From Bifidobacterium breve (GTDB taxonomy: Bacteria > Actinomycetota > Actinomycetes > S36-B12): 47,454 nt of DNA. Each line of letters starts with the position of its first letter. Within the stretch, counting starts at the first letter, position 1. Under the pieces are notes generated by a model. The model saw only the letters and a list, made by a program, of their open reading frames with translations, was not told the origin of the DNA and searched no databases. Shown one piece after another: positions 9,907 through 18,362 of the stretch. The position numbers and the translations under genes are program-made. The DNA is taken from the NCBI GenBank assembly GCA_945861925.1, contig CAMAWO010000002.1, positions 1 to 47,454 on the forward strand, written 5' to 3'.

Positions 9907-10371
9907 ATGGCATCACAAGGAAAATCCCCCGCTGCATCCTGGATCTCCATCGTGCTGATCGTCGTGGGGGCAGTCTTGGCCATTACGGGCACCGTCAGCT
10001 ACGTAATGGTCGGCTCAACCCTCGCTGATGAGCGCATCACTGTCTCGGAGGATGCCTGCCTCGGCGGCAACACCGTGAGCGGACCCTTCCAGGCCTACTG
10101 CGAGGCCATGATCATCGAGGTCCATGCGACCGAGGCGACCGGCGGCAAGACCTACGCAGAGCTCGATCGTGAGGATCCGCTTCGCCAGACGGCGATGACC
10201 GGCTCCTTCCTTCGCGCCTCACTGTTCACCTCCGTGGTCGCCTTCGGGGTCTCGGCCCTCGTTGTCGGACTCGGCGCCCTGTTCATCCTCACCGGCTTCG
10301 GCCTGCGCAGTCTCACCGATCGCAAGGAGGACGCCACGCAGGCCCCGGCTCCGCCCGCAGCAACCGCCTAG
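9907..10371 (+). CDS. small membrane protein (2 TM), unknown function
   Basis: ATG 9907 preceded by GAGGAGA. Hydrophobic segments WISIVLIVVGAVLAITG and VVAFGVSALVVGLGALFILTGFG. Confidence 0.6.
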   Translation: MASQGKSPAASWISIVLIVVGAVLAITGTVSYVMVGSTLADERITVSEDACLGGNTVSGPFQAYCEAMIIEVHATEATGGKTYAELDREDPLRQTAMTGSFLRASLFTSVVAFGVSALVVGLGALFILTGFGLRSLTDRKEDATQAPAPPAATA

Positions 10372-10401
10372 TTGGTCTGTGGGCCGCACTACGCTCCCTC
10401 C

Positions 10402-11091
10402 ATGAGTCGCGCGGCCCACATTTGCATCCCACCCGTCAAGGGCGTCATCTTCGATATTCACTCAACCCTCATCGATCAGGGAAGCGCGAGCCATTGGCTC
10501 GATGCCGCACTTCTCAGGTCTCCGACCCCGCTTGCGGCCGATGAGCGCGCAGCACTCGGGTCCTTCCTCGACCTCATCTGGGAGGGCGCACGGATCAGCG
10601 ATCCGGAGAGCACACGAGACCTATCCTTCGCCGCCCATGAACGAGTGTTCCACGAACTCCTCGCTGCCGGCCCCGGCATCGACCCGGCGCTCGGTGCGGC
10701 CCTCTACGAGGTCATGCTCGACGTGTGGCACGCATATGAGGACACGGTGCCCACCTTGGAGGCCCTACAGGAGATGGGGGTCACGGTGTGCCTGCTGTCC
10801 AATGCCGGGGTCCCGATCCGGACGGTGCTCGATCGCGAGGGCCTCACACCGCTCATCAATGGAGTCGTCCTGTCATGCGAAGTGGGCCTGGTGAAGCCGG
10901 ATATTCGAATCTTCCAAACGGCCCTTGACGCAATCGCCTGCCCTGCAAACGAAGCGCTCATGGTTGGCGACAGCGGTCGCGATGACAGCGGGGGCACCGC
11001 GCTCGGCATCCGCACGCTCATCCTGCCGAGAACCAGCGGGCCAGTTCACGGACTGGGCGCTGTTGTGTCACTCGTGCGCCCCTGCCACTAG
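10402..11091 (+). CDS. HAD-superfamily hydrolase
   Basis: Motif I variant VIFDIHSTL (DxHxT rather than DxDxT), motif II LLSNAG, motif III K in GLVKPD, motif IV VGDSGRDD. Start at ATG 10402; the TTG at 10372 is an alternative. Confidence 0.75.
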   Translation: MSRAAHICIPPVKGVIFDIHSTLIDQGSASHWLDAALLRSPTPLAADERAALGSFLDLIWEGARISDPESTRDLSFAAHERVFHELLAAGPGIDPALGAALYEVMLDVWHAYEDTVPTLEALQEMGVTVCLLSNAGVPIRTVLDREGLTPLINGVVLSCEVGLVKPDIRIFQTALDAIACPANEALMVGDSGRDDSGGTALGIRTLILPRTSGPVHGLGAVVSLVRPCH

Positions 11092-11114
11092 GGCGTGTCT
11101 CCAATGTTGAGCGG

Positions 11115-11625
11115 GTGTCAGGCTTGATCACGAAGATTGCTCACGTATCCGCTGTTCTTTCTGAGGAGATGTGGGCTCCTATTGAGCCGTCGCTGCCACC
11201 GCTGAAAGGAGCGATGGGCAGGCCGATGCGGTCTCATCGCACGCTGATTGAGGGGCCGATCTAGCGTCTTCGAACGGCGAGATCGACTGGAACGTGTCGG
11301 TCGACTCCACGATCACCCGTGTTCACCAGCATGGGGCAACTGCTGCGACGTCTGACGTGAAGGTCACCCGCACACATCTCCCCGCAAGCTTTCGAGAGCA
11401 ACGCTTCTGCGCTTCTTCGTCGCTTCCTAGTGAACAAACAGGGCCTCTTCGGCGTTCCAGGCCGTGGCAGCACGAGCCGGCTGTACAGCGACGACCCTGC
11501 CGCCCAGTCTCAGGATCAGACGCGAGTCCGGCCATCCAGATCACTGTCCGAAACCCAAACTCTCCCCTGGCCCGGTACCAAAAAATCCACTTCATGAAAG
11601 GCTCCGACCAAAGAAACACGTGAAC
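11115..11625 (+). mobile_element. degraded IS5-family (IS427-like) transposase gene remnant
   Basis: Own translation: ...LSEEMWAPIEPSLPPLKGAMGRPMRSHRTLIEGPI*RLRTA, with an in-frame TAG at 11262-11264. It then jumps to a second frame, SVDSTITRVHQHGATAA (ORF 11294-11623). Both resemble conserved IS5/IS427 transposase blocks (LtdeqW..ieplLP..GRP and iDSTivRAHQHAAGA, recalled from memory). The roughly 80 aa normally between them are missing. No terminal inverted repeats were identified. Confidence 0.55.
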
Positions 11626-11910
11626 GTCACCCTCGCTCAGCGCGACATGTCCATGCTCGCGCCGCTCATCGGCGGACGTTGGGCCTGGTGCTCCTGTCCT
11701 TTCGACGAGAACCGACGCCGATACGCCGAGCGCGAGCGCCATCCGGGGCACTACGACGCCGCGCTGCTCCCCGAGTTGGACGAGGTACTCCGGACCGCTG
11801 AACCGCTGGGGCTTGGCGAAGTCCTCCGAGTGGAGACCGACCGCGACCTGGACGCAGTGAGCTTGGCGCGGTCTGTTCTGGCTGCCGCCCGGCTAGAACA
11901 GGAAGGCTAA
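11620..11910 (+). CDS. hypothetical protein (orphan ORF next to the IS remnant)
   Basis: Open frame from GTG 11620 (or ATG 11647) to TAA 11910. No recognisable motif. Support is frame openness only. Confidence 0.3.
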   Translation: MNVTLAQRDMSMLAPLIGGRWAWCSCPFDENRRRYAERERHPGHYDAALLPELDEVLRTAEPLGLGEVLRVETDRDLDAVSLARSVLAAARLEQEG

Positions 11911-11981
11911 GCGCCCAGCGAGGGGAGTGCGTAAGCCCGCCGACATCGACCTCCGCCCTACCGCTGTCCAGCACACCTGTT

Positions 11982-12010
11982 ACAGTTGCAGCAGTTGACA
12001 GTTGCAGCAG
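11982..12010 (+). promoter_or_regulatory. two 13-bp direct repeats (ACAGTTGCAGCAG, 16-bp period); candidate operator of the HTH/PIN operon
   Basis: Read directly: ACAGTTGCAGCAG ttg ACAGTTGCAGCAG, ending 8 nt before the AAGGAGG RBS of the antitoxin gene (ATG 12030). Confidence 0.4.
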
Positions 12011-12029
12011 CTGACACAAGGAGGTCGCT

Positions 12030-12509
12030 ATGCCGCGCCTACCAGCCGTTTCGCGCATCGAAGCTGAGCCTGCTGTCAACGCCGAGATCGTCGGGATGCT
12101 GGCCTTGCTCGAGTCCGACTCGAGGGTGCGTCTGGTCAGCGACGACGGAAGCGAGCGTGTCCTCCCACCGCAGATGAAGGTGATTCTCCGCCGAGCAGGC
12201 GAGATCATGGGTCAGGGCCACGACGTCGATGTGCTCGACGCCAGCAGTGAAACGCTCACCCCGAACGAGGCGGCAGACCTCATCGGAATCAGCAGGCCCA
12301 CCCTTCTCAAACTCATCGATGAGGGAGTGCTCACGGCGACCAATGTTCCTGGGAGCTCGCATCGCCGTCTCGACCGCCTTGAGGTTGAGGCTTTCCGGGA
12401 CAGCCGCCTCGAGATGCAGTCCGGGCTCAACGCCGCCGCGGCCGAGGCGCGCGCGACTGGGCTCTTCACTCGTTTACCTCGGAAAGCCCGGGCGCGGAAC
12501 GCTCGGTAG
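12030..12509 (+). CDS. helix-turn-helix (excisionase/MerR-like HTH_17) DNA-binding protein, putative antitoxin
   Basis: LTPNEAADLIGISRPTLLKLIDEGVLTA...HRRLDRLEVEAF is a typical excisionase-type HTH. AAGGAGG RBS. The stop TAG overlaps the GTG of the downstream PIN gene (TAGTG). Confidence 0.7.
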   Translation: MPRLPAVSRIEAEPAVNAEIVGMLALLESDSRVRLVSDDGSERVLPPQMKVILRRAGEIMGQGHDVDVLDASSETLTPNEAADLIGISRPTLLKLIDEGVLTATNVPGSSHRRLDRLEVEAFRDSRLEMQSGLNAAAAEARATGLFTRLPRKARARNAR

Positions 12510-13174
12510 TGAGCCGCCGGGTCGTCGTCTACGCCGACACGAACGTCCTGTACCCGTACTACATCTCCGACCTGCTGCTGTGGTTGGCGTCAGACGGGGT
12601 CATACGGCTCGTATGGACGCAGTACCTCGTCGACGAGGTCATTGACGTCGTTCCACGGAGGCGACTGACCCGCGACGTTGGGCGAGACGAGAGGTCCGTG
12701 CACAGCCAGTGGGACGCGGCTCGCGCGCACCTCAAGCGCGACGAGGTGAGCGAGGCTCAATGGCGGACGAAGATGAGCCTCACCACTGGACCGGATGCCG
12801 ACGACCACCCTCACCAGGCTGCGGCCATCTACGCGCAGGCCGACTACCTCCTGACTCACGACAGCAGGGGATTCCCTGTTGGTCCCCTGCGCGAACAGGG
12901 TGTCACCGTCACGAGTGTTGATGACTTTCTCTGCGGCATCTTGGCCGAGCAGCGGGATGACGTCCTAGACACCGTGCAGAATCGGGCCAGAAGCCTGAAG
13001 CATCCACCGATGACTCTCGAACGTTACCTAGAGACTCTCACGCTGCCAGCCCCTCGGTTCGCCGAACTCGCTGCCAGAGCATCGGACACTCACCTGTCCC
13101 GGCTCGCTCGACTACGCGCGCGTCTGCGCAGGAAGTCCTATTTGCGGAGATCCGCCATCAAGCGCCAGCCCTGA
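12509..13174 (+). CDS. PIN-domain protein (PIN_3-like), putative toxin with a long basic C-terminal extension
   Basis: VVVYADTNVLYP (first acidic residue), VDEV, and PDADDHPHQAAAIYAQADYLLTHDSRGF match the PIN_3 layout. 221 aa, with tail LRARLRRKSYLRRSAIKRQP. Confidence 0.7.
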   Translation: MSRRVVVYADTNVLYPYYISDLLLWLASDGVIRLVWTQYLVDEVIDVVPRRRLTRDVGRDERSVHSQWDAARAHLKRDEVSEAQWRTKMSLTTGPDADDHPHQAAAIYAQADYLLTHDSRGFPVGPLREQGVTVTSVDDFLCGILAEQRDDVLDTVQNRARSLKHPPMTLERYLETLTLPAPRFAELAARASDTHLSRLARLRARLRRKSYLRRSAIKRQP

Positions 13175-13229
13175 CTTGTGCACCGTTTCCCCCACCTGTC
13201 GCCGTAGTGGTCACGCCGGAGGGAAGGAC

Positions 13230-13988
13230 CTAGTCGGCGTTCTTCTCATAGAGCAGCCGCAGGCCGAGCAGGGTGAGATCTGGCTCATGATGGGTGATGG
13301 TGAGCGACTCAGGCACCACGATCGGTGCGAGACCACCGGTCGCGACAACCGCGGTCACGTCGCCAAGCTCCTCGATGATCCGGTCGACAAGTCCGTCGAC
13401 CTGTCCAGCAAAGCCATAGAGCGCGCCGGACTGGAGCGCCTCGACGGTGTTCTTGCCGATAACCGACTTGGGTCGGACGAGCTCGACCTTGCGAAGTTGC
13501 GCGGCGCGCTGGGCGAGTGCATCAAGGGAGATCTCGATCCCCGGAGCAAGAGCGCCGCCGAGGAACTCTCCCTTCGCCGACACGACATCGAGGTTCGTTG
13601 AGGTCCCAAAGTCGACAACGATGCATGGCCCGCCGAAAAGATGGTGGGCCGCAATCGTATTGACGATGCGATCGGCACCCACCTCCTTGGGGTTATCGGT
13701 GAGCACCGGCACACCGGTCTTGATCCCCGGCTCGACGATGACCGTCGGAACATCATCAAAGTAGCGCGCCAACATCATCCGCATCTCGCGCAGAACTGCC
13801 GGCACCGTGCTGCATAACGCAATGCCCGTCACCGGCTCCTGATCGGCGAGGAGCCCACGAAAGGTGAGGACCATCTCGTCGGCGGTCGTGCGGGCATCGG
13901 TCTTCGTGCGCCAGGAATTCAGGAGGATGTCTCCGTCGAAGAGACCTAGGACAGTGTTCGTGTTTCCGACGTCAATCGCGAGCAGCAC
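13230..13988 (-). CDS. coaX: type III pantothenate kinase
   Basis: MLLAIDVGNTNTVLGLF N-terminus and the ASKHA-fold motifs VVDFGTSTN and ATGGLA. Confidence 0.9.
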   Translation of the reverse strand: MLLAIDVGNTNTVLGLFDGDILLNSWRTKTDARTTADEMVLTFRGLLADQEPVTGIALCSTVPAVLREMRMMLARYFDDVPTVIVEPGIKTGVPVLTDNPKEVGADRIVNTIAAHHLFGGPCIVVDFGTSTNLDVVSAKGEFLGGALAPGIEISLDALAQRAAQLRKVELVRPKSVIGKNTVEALQSGALYGFAGQVDGLVDRIIEELGDVTAVVATGGLAPIVVPESLTITHHEPDLTLLGLRLLYEKNAD

Positions 13989-14876
13989 TCACGTCTCCTG
14001 TCGTAGGTCGGCGCCAATGTCGAGCACCGGTGCCGAGTGGGTGAGTGCGCCGACCGCGATGTAGTCGACTCCTGTCGCCGCGACCTCCGCCGCGTTCATG
14101 AGATTCAGGCCGCCCGACGCCTCAAGCCTGGCGCGACCGGCGGTCTGCTCAACCGCAGCGATCATTTGGGCGGGCGTGAAATTGTCAAGCAGGACAAGGT
14201 CGGCTCCCGCCTCGAGCACCTCGTCCAACTGCTCCATCGAGTCGACTTCGACCTCGACCGGGACATCGGGAAAGGCCCGCCGAACGGCCTCGAATGCCGC
14301 GGCAACCCCGCCCGCTGCGAGCACGTGGTTGTCCTTCACCAGCGCAGCATCAGACAGCGACATTCGGTGATTTTGCCCGCCACCGCACCGAACCGCGTAC
14401 TTCTCAAGCCGGCGCATTCCGGGTGTGGTCTTTCTCGTATCGCGGACAGCAGCCTTCGTCCCGACGACGGCATCAGCCCACGCCCTCGTCAGGGTGGCGA
14501 TCCCACCGAGGTGGCCGAGCATGTTCAAAGCTGGGCGTTCCGCGCGGAGAAGTTCATGGGTGAGCCCGGTCACCGAGATGAGGACGTCGCCCGGCTCGAC
14601 CCGGTCGCCATCGCTTGCGCCGAACATGATCTCGAGATCGTCATCGCCGCTAACCGCCATAAACACTGCTGCTGCAACGGGAATCCCCGCCGCAATGCCA
14701 GCGCCGCGAGCCACGAGGTCCAAGGTTGCGCGCTGATCCGGCGGGACTGTCGCCACAGTCGTGACATCGACTCCACCGTCAAGATCCTCCTCAATCGAGG
14801 CGAGAACCAACGCCTCGAGGGCTCTGGGATCAAGCTGCGCATCCTCGAGCATGAGCGACACCGTCGCACCGAACAT
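13989..14876 (-). CDS. nadC: nicotinate-nucleotide diphosphorylase (carboxylating)
   Basis: QPRTase motifs (RDTRKTTPGMRRLEKYAVRCGGGQNHR, LLDNF, ASGG). The stop abuts the coaX start. Start uncertain: ATG 14876 avoids overlap with nadB, whereas the ORF-track start at 14960 would overlap nadB by 47 nt. Confidence 0.85.
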   Translation of the reverse strand: MFGATVSLMLEDAQLDPRALEALVLASIEEDLDGGVDVTTVATVPPDQRATLDLVARGAGIAAGIPVAAAVFMAVSGDDDLEIMFGASDGDRVEPGDVLISVTGLTHELLRAERPALNMLGHLGGIATLTRAWADAVVGTKAAVRDTRKTTPGMRRLEKYAVRCGGGQNHRMSLSDAALVKDNHVLAAGGVAAAFEAVRRAFPDVPVEVEVDSMEQLDEVLEAGADLVLLDNFTPAQMIAAVEQTAGRARLEASGGLNLMNAAEVAATGVDYIAVGALTHSAPVLDIGADLRQET

Positions 14877-14913
14877 TGATGAGGCCGTCACATCGGGCCT
14901 CGGGCGGGCAGCA

Positions 14914-16593
14914 TTACTCGGGTCCTCCGATGGGCTCGGTTCTCGTTTGTAAGGCACCATTCTTGTCGATCGAGGTCACGAGTCGGGTCTGCCACCGAGC
15001 ATCGTCGCGCTCGGGGAAGTCCTCGCGCCAATGGGATCCCCTCGTCTCCTCTCGGAGTAGTGCATGACGAGTGAGGACGCACGCGAGGGCGTGGATGTTC
15101 GTTGTCTCCCAGTCCTCCGTGCACGGTCTGGCTCCCGTCGCTGCCGAGAGTGGCGACAACTCGCTCACGGCGAGATCGAGCGAGGTCTGGCTGCGTAGGA
15201 CACCCACATGCTCGTCCATCGTCTGCTGCATGGCACGCCGGACGCTATGGGGCAGCAACCCGGGACCCTGTTGGCCCGCAGCTGGATCGCGAACAACAGC
15301 CTCGCTTCCTGCGAGCACCTCACCGATCCTTCCGGCGAAGACCAACCCCTCGAGTAGTGAATTCGATGCCAACCGATTCGCGCCGTGCACGCCAGTGCAC
15401 GCGACCTCGCCGCACGCGAACAGGCCGGGGATCGAGGCCCGGCCCCAGTGATCCGTACGCACCCCGCCCGACACGTAGTGCTGAGCTGGAGCGACCGGAA
15501 TGAGATCGGTCACCGGATCGATGCCGCGCGTGCGACATGACTCCAGAATGGTTGGGAACCGGCTGATCCACATGTCAGCACCAAGATGACGCCCATCGAG
15601 CCACACATGACTCGATCCAGAGGCACGCATGCGACGCATAATCGCCTTCGCGACGACATCGCGAGGTGCGAGATCGGCCATCGGGTGCTCGGCTTCCATG
15701 AACCGGCTACCGTCCATGTCGCGGAGGAACGCGCCCTCCCCGCGCACAGCTTCTGAGACGAGGGGCTGCTGCCCCTGGGCCAAGGGTCCGAGCCACATGA
15801 CCGTCGGATGGAACTGCACGAATTCAAGATCGGCGATGTCAGCGCCCGCCCGCATCGCCAGGGCAACACCGTCGCCCGTTGAGACGTAGGGATTCGTCGT
15901 CTGACCAAAGACCTGACCAAACCCACCGGTCGCGAGCACGACATTCGGTGCGAGCGCCGCACCAACGCCACCCCGCTGACCGGTGCCCATCACGTGGAGG
16001 GTGACGCCCTGCGCAGCACCCATGCTGTCGAGGAGCAGATCGAGCACGAGCGCATTCTCGACCAGCTCGATACCGGCATCACGTGCAACCGCAGCCACGA
16101 GGGCCCTGGACACCTCCGCCCCGGTCGCATCACCACCCGCGTGCGCAATCCGGTCATGATGATGGCCACCCTCACGGGTGAGTGAGATCGCACCGGTGGC
16201 ATCGGTGTCGAATCGGGCGCCGAGGGCGATGAGCTGCCTCAGCGCGGGCGGCCCCTGGGTCACGAGGATCCGAACTGCCTCCTCATCACACAGTCCGACG
16301 CCTGCAACGAGAGTGTCGGCAAGATGCTCTTCGGGAGAGTCGTCGTCAGCGAGCGCCGCGGCGATCCCACCCTGCGCCCACTGGGTCGAGCCCTCGCTGA
16401 CTCGGGCCTTCGTCACAAGCAGGACGGTTTTCCCAGCGGCACGGGCATGGATGGCAGTGGTGAGCCCGGCAATGCCCGAGCCGACGACGATGACATCGGC
16501 TCTCGTGGTCCAACCCGGCTCATCAGCGGAGAGTCTCGTCGGGATCTGTCCCGACGGGAACAACTCAGGCACTCCCCCAAGATGCGCGCTCAT
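14914..16593 (-). CDS. nadB: L-aspartate oxidase
   Basis: FAD-binding VIVVGSGIAGL and succinate-dehydrogenase/fumarate-reductase flavoprotein-like core (HYVSGGVRTD, GEVACTGVHGANRLASNSLLE). ATGA overlap with panC. Confidence 0.92.
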   Translation of the reverse strand: MSAHLGGVPELFPSGQIPTRLSADEPGWTTRADVIVVGSGIAGLTTAIHARAAGKTVLLVTKARVSEGSTQWAQGGIAAALADDDSPEEHLADTLVAGVGLCDEEAVRILVTQGPPALRQLIALGARFDTDATGAISLTREGGHHHDRIAHAGGDATGAEVSRALVAAVARDAGIELVENALVLDLLLDSMGAAQGVTLHVMGTGQRGGVGAALAPNVVLATGGFGQVFGQTTNPYVSTGDGVALAMRAGADIADLEFVQFHPTVMWLGPLAQGQQPLVSEAVRGEGAFLRDMDGSRFMEAEHPMADLAPRDVVAKAIMRRMRASGSSHVWLDGRHLGADMWISRFPTILESCRTRGIDPVTDLIPVAPAQHYVSGGVRTDHWGRASIPGLFACGEVACTGVHGANRLASNSLLEGLVFAGRIGEVLAGSEAVVRDPAAGQQGPGLLPHSVRRAMQQTMDEHVGVLRSQTSLDLAVSELSPLSAATGARPCTEDWETTNIHALACVLTRHALLREETRGSHWREDFPERDDARWQTRLVTSIDKNGALQTRTEPIGGPE

Positions 16594-17441
16594 GGGCCCG
16601 CCACCGTGCAGGCCATGTTGTCGAGGAGCCGGGTCACACCCACGCGAACAGCGACGAGGGCTCGGCCGGCTCCCGGACGTGCCGCGCCTAGGGCCGGATC
16701 AGTGACGACAAGGTAGTCGACCTCAAGTCCTGGGCTCGCTGACAACAGTTCGAGTCCTGCTCGCACCCCGGCGTCCGCACCCTCGTCCTTAGATACGCGG
16801 ATAGTCTCCTCGAGAGCCCGAGGGACCACTGCCGCGAGGGATCGCTCCTTCGCGCTCAGATAGCGATTTCTGCTGCTCATTGCCAGCCCATCGGGCTCGC
16901 GCACCGTCGGGACTGGCACGACCTTCGTCGGGAAGTTCAACTGACACACCATTTCCGTGATGAGGATGAGCTGCTGGTAGTCCTTCTCCCCGAAGAGCGC
17001 GAGGTCCGGTGCGGTCAGGTGCAGGAGTTTCGCCACCACCGTAAGCATGCCCCTGAAGTGGCCGGGACGCGCGGCGCCCTCGAGAATCTCGCCCAAGGGT
17101 CCAGGATCGACAGTGATCGACGCGCTAATCAAACCCTCTCCGTAGACCTCGCCCACTGTTGGCGCGTAGACGAGATCCGCACCTGCAGCGCCCGAAATAC
17201 TCACGTCCGATTCGAGGGAACGTGGATAACGCTCGAAATCCTCACCTGCACCGAACTGCATCGGGTTGACGAAGTCGGTGACGATGACGCAGCCGCCAGC
17301 GCCGACCGCTGCGCGAGCCTCCCGCACGAGGACCGCGTGCCCCTCGTGAAGGGCGCCCATCGTCATCACGACGGCGGTCGACACCCCCGGGGAGTGCGCT
17401 GCCATGAGGGCTCCGTGGGACTCCACGAGCACGGCACTCAT
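16590..17441 (-). CDS. panC: pantoate--beta-alanine ligase
   Basis: MGALHEGH (HxGH) motif, FVNPMQF, and MSSRNRYL near the C-terminus. Confidence 0.92.
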   Translation of the reverse strand: MSAVLVESHGALMAAHSPGVSTAVVMTMGALHEGHAVLVREARAAVGAGGCVIVTDFVNPMQFGAGEDFERYPRSLESDVSISGAAGADLVYAPTVGEVYGEGLISASITVDPGPLGEILEGAARPGHFRGMLTVVAKLLHLTAPDLALFGEKDYQQLILITEMVCQLNFPTKVVPVPTVREPDGLAMSSRNRYLSAKERSLAAVVPRALEETIRVSKDEGADAGVRAGLELLSASPGLEVDYLVVTDPALGAARPGAGRALVAVRVGVTRLLDNMACTVAGP

Positions 17442-18328
17442 CGGCCCCTCCCCTCGCCGAGGACCTCGAGCAGGGCCTCGGCATCGCGCACCTTCAGCAG
17501 ACCGGCACCGACGGCGCGGTCAGCGGTAAGGCGCCCGAGCGCTCTGTAGGCGCTCGCAGCCTCCGACGACACCTCCTCGATCGCCCGAACATGATCTGCG
17601 ACCGACGCGGCATCACCACGCGCCACCGGGCCGGTCAGCGCCTGATCCCCCAACCTGAGTGCATTGTCGAGTGATGCGCTGAGGAGGGGCGCCACGAGAC
17701 GCTGCGGGTCTTCGAGCCCCGCGCGACGGAGCAGGTCTAGGCACTGGGCCACGAGCGTGATGAGGTAGTTGGAGCCGTATGCGAGGGCAGCGTGATAGGT
17801 CGACCGCTGCTCCTCCGGGACCCAGAACGGATCCCCGCCCATCTCGACCACGAGGGCCTCAGCCACCGGACGCAGCACCTCCGGGGCCGTCACCCCGAAG
17901 GGGCAGTCACTGAGCCTGCTCAAGTCCAGGCTCGTGCCGGTAAAGGTCATGACCGGATGAAGAGCAAGGGGCAGTGCGCCCATTCGCGTGGCCGGTTCGA
18001 GCACCTCGATGCCGAACCGCCCTGCCGGGTGACACCAGAACTGCCCCGGATGCACGTTGCCCGTCTCTGCGAGGCCCGCGATGAGGCCGGTCAGCGCATC
18101 GTCTGGAACGGCGACGAGCACGAGATCGACTCCGAGCACCACAGCAGGAAGATCGAGGAACGGCACACCGGGCAGCAGCGCCTCGGCACGAAGTCGCGAG
18201 ACATCCGACACTGCCGTGACCGCCACGAGTTCTTGACCGGCGCGGCGCAGGGCCGCGCCGAGGACCGCACCGACGCGTCCGGTGCCGATGACACCGACGC
18301 GCAGTCTCGGCGGGCCCAGATCGCTCAC
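17438..18328 (-). CDS. Rossmann-fold oxidoreductase-like protein with a DUF2520-type C-terminal domain
   Basis: N-terminal VGVIGTGRVGAVLGAAL dinucleotide fold. Position directly upstream of panC, as in other actinobacteria (recalled synteny). Confidence 0.7.
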   Translation of the reverse strand: MSDLGPPRLRVGVIGTGRVGAVLGAALRRAGQELVAVTAVSDVSRLRAEALLPGVPFLDLPAVVLGVDLVLVAVPDDALTGLIAGLAETGNVHPGQFWCHPAGRFGIEVLEPATRMGALPLALHPVMTFTGTSLDLSRLSDCPFGVTAPEVLRPVAEALVVEMGGDPFWVPEEQRSTYHAALAYGSNYLITLVAQCLDLLRRAGLEDPQRLVAPLLSASLDNALRLGDQALTGPVARGDAASVADHVRAIEEVSSEAASAYRALGRLTADRAVGAGLLKVRDAEALLEVLGEGRGR

Positions 18329-18362
18329 AGGTGGAGCCTAGAGCCCGGTAGCGTCAGCGGTC

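Noticed and set aside
14877-14960. Upstream 28 codons of the nadC ORF overlapping the nadB 3' end
   Set aside because: The extension (MVPYKREPSPSEDPSNAARPRPDVTASS) is not QPRTase-like and overlaps nadB by 47 nt. It is kept only as an alternative start.
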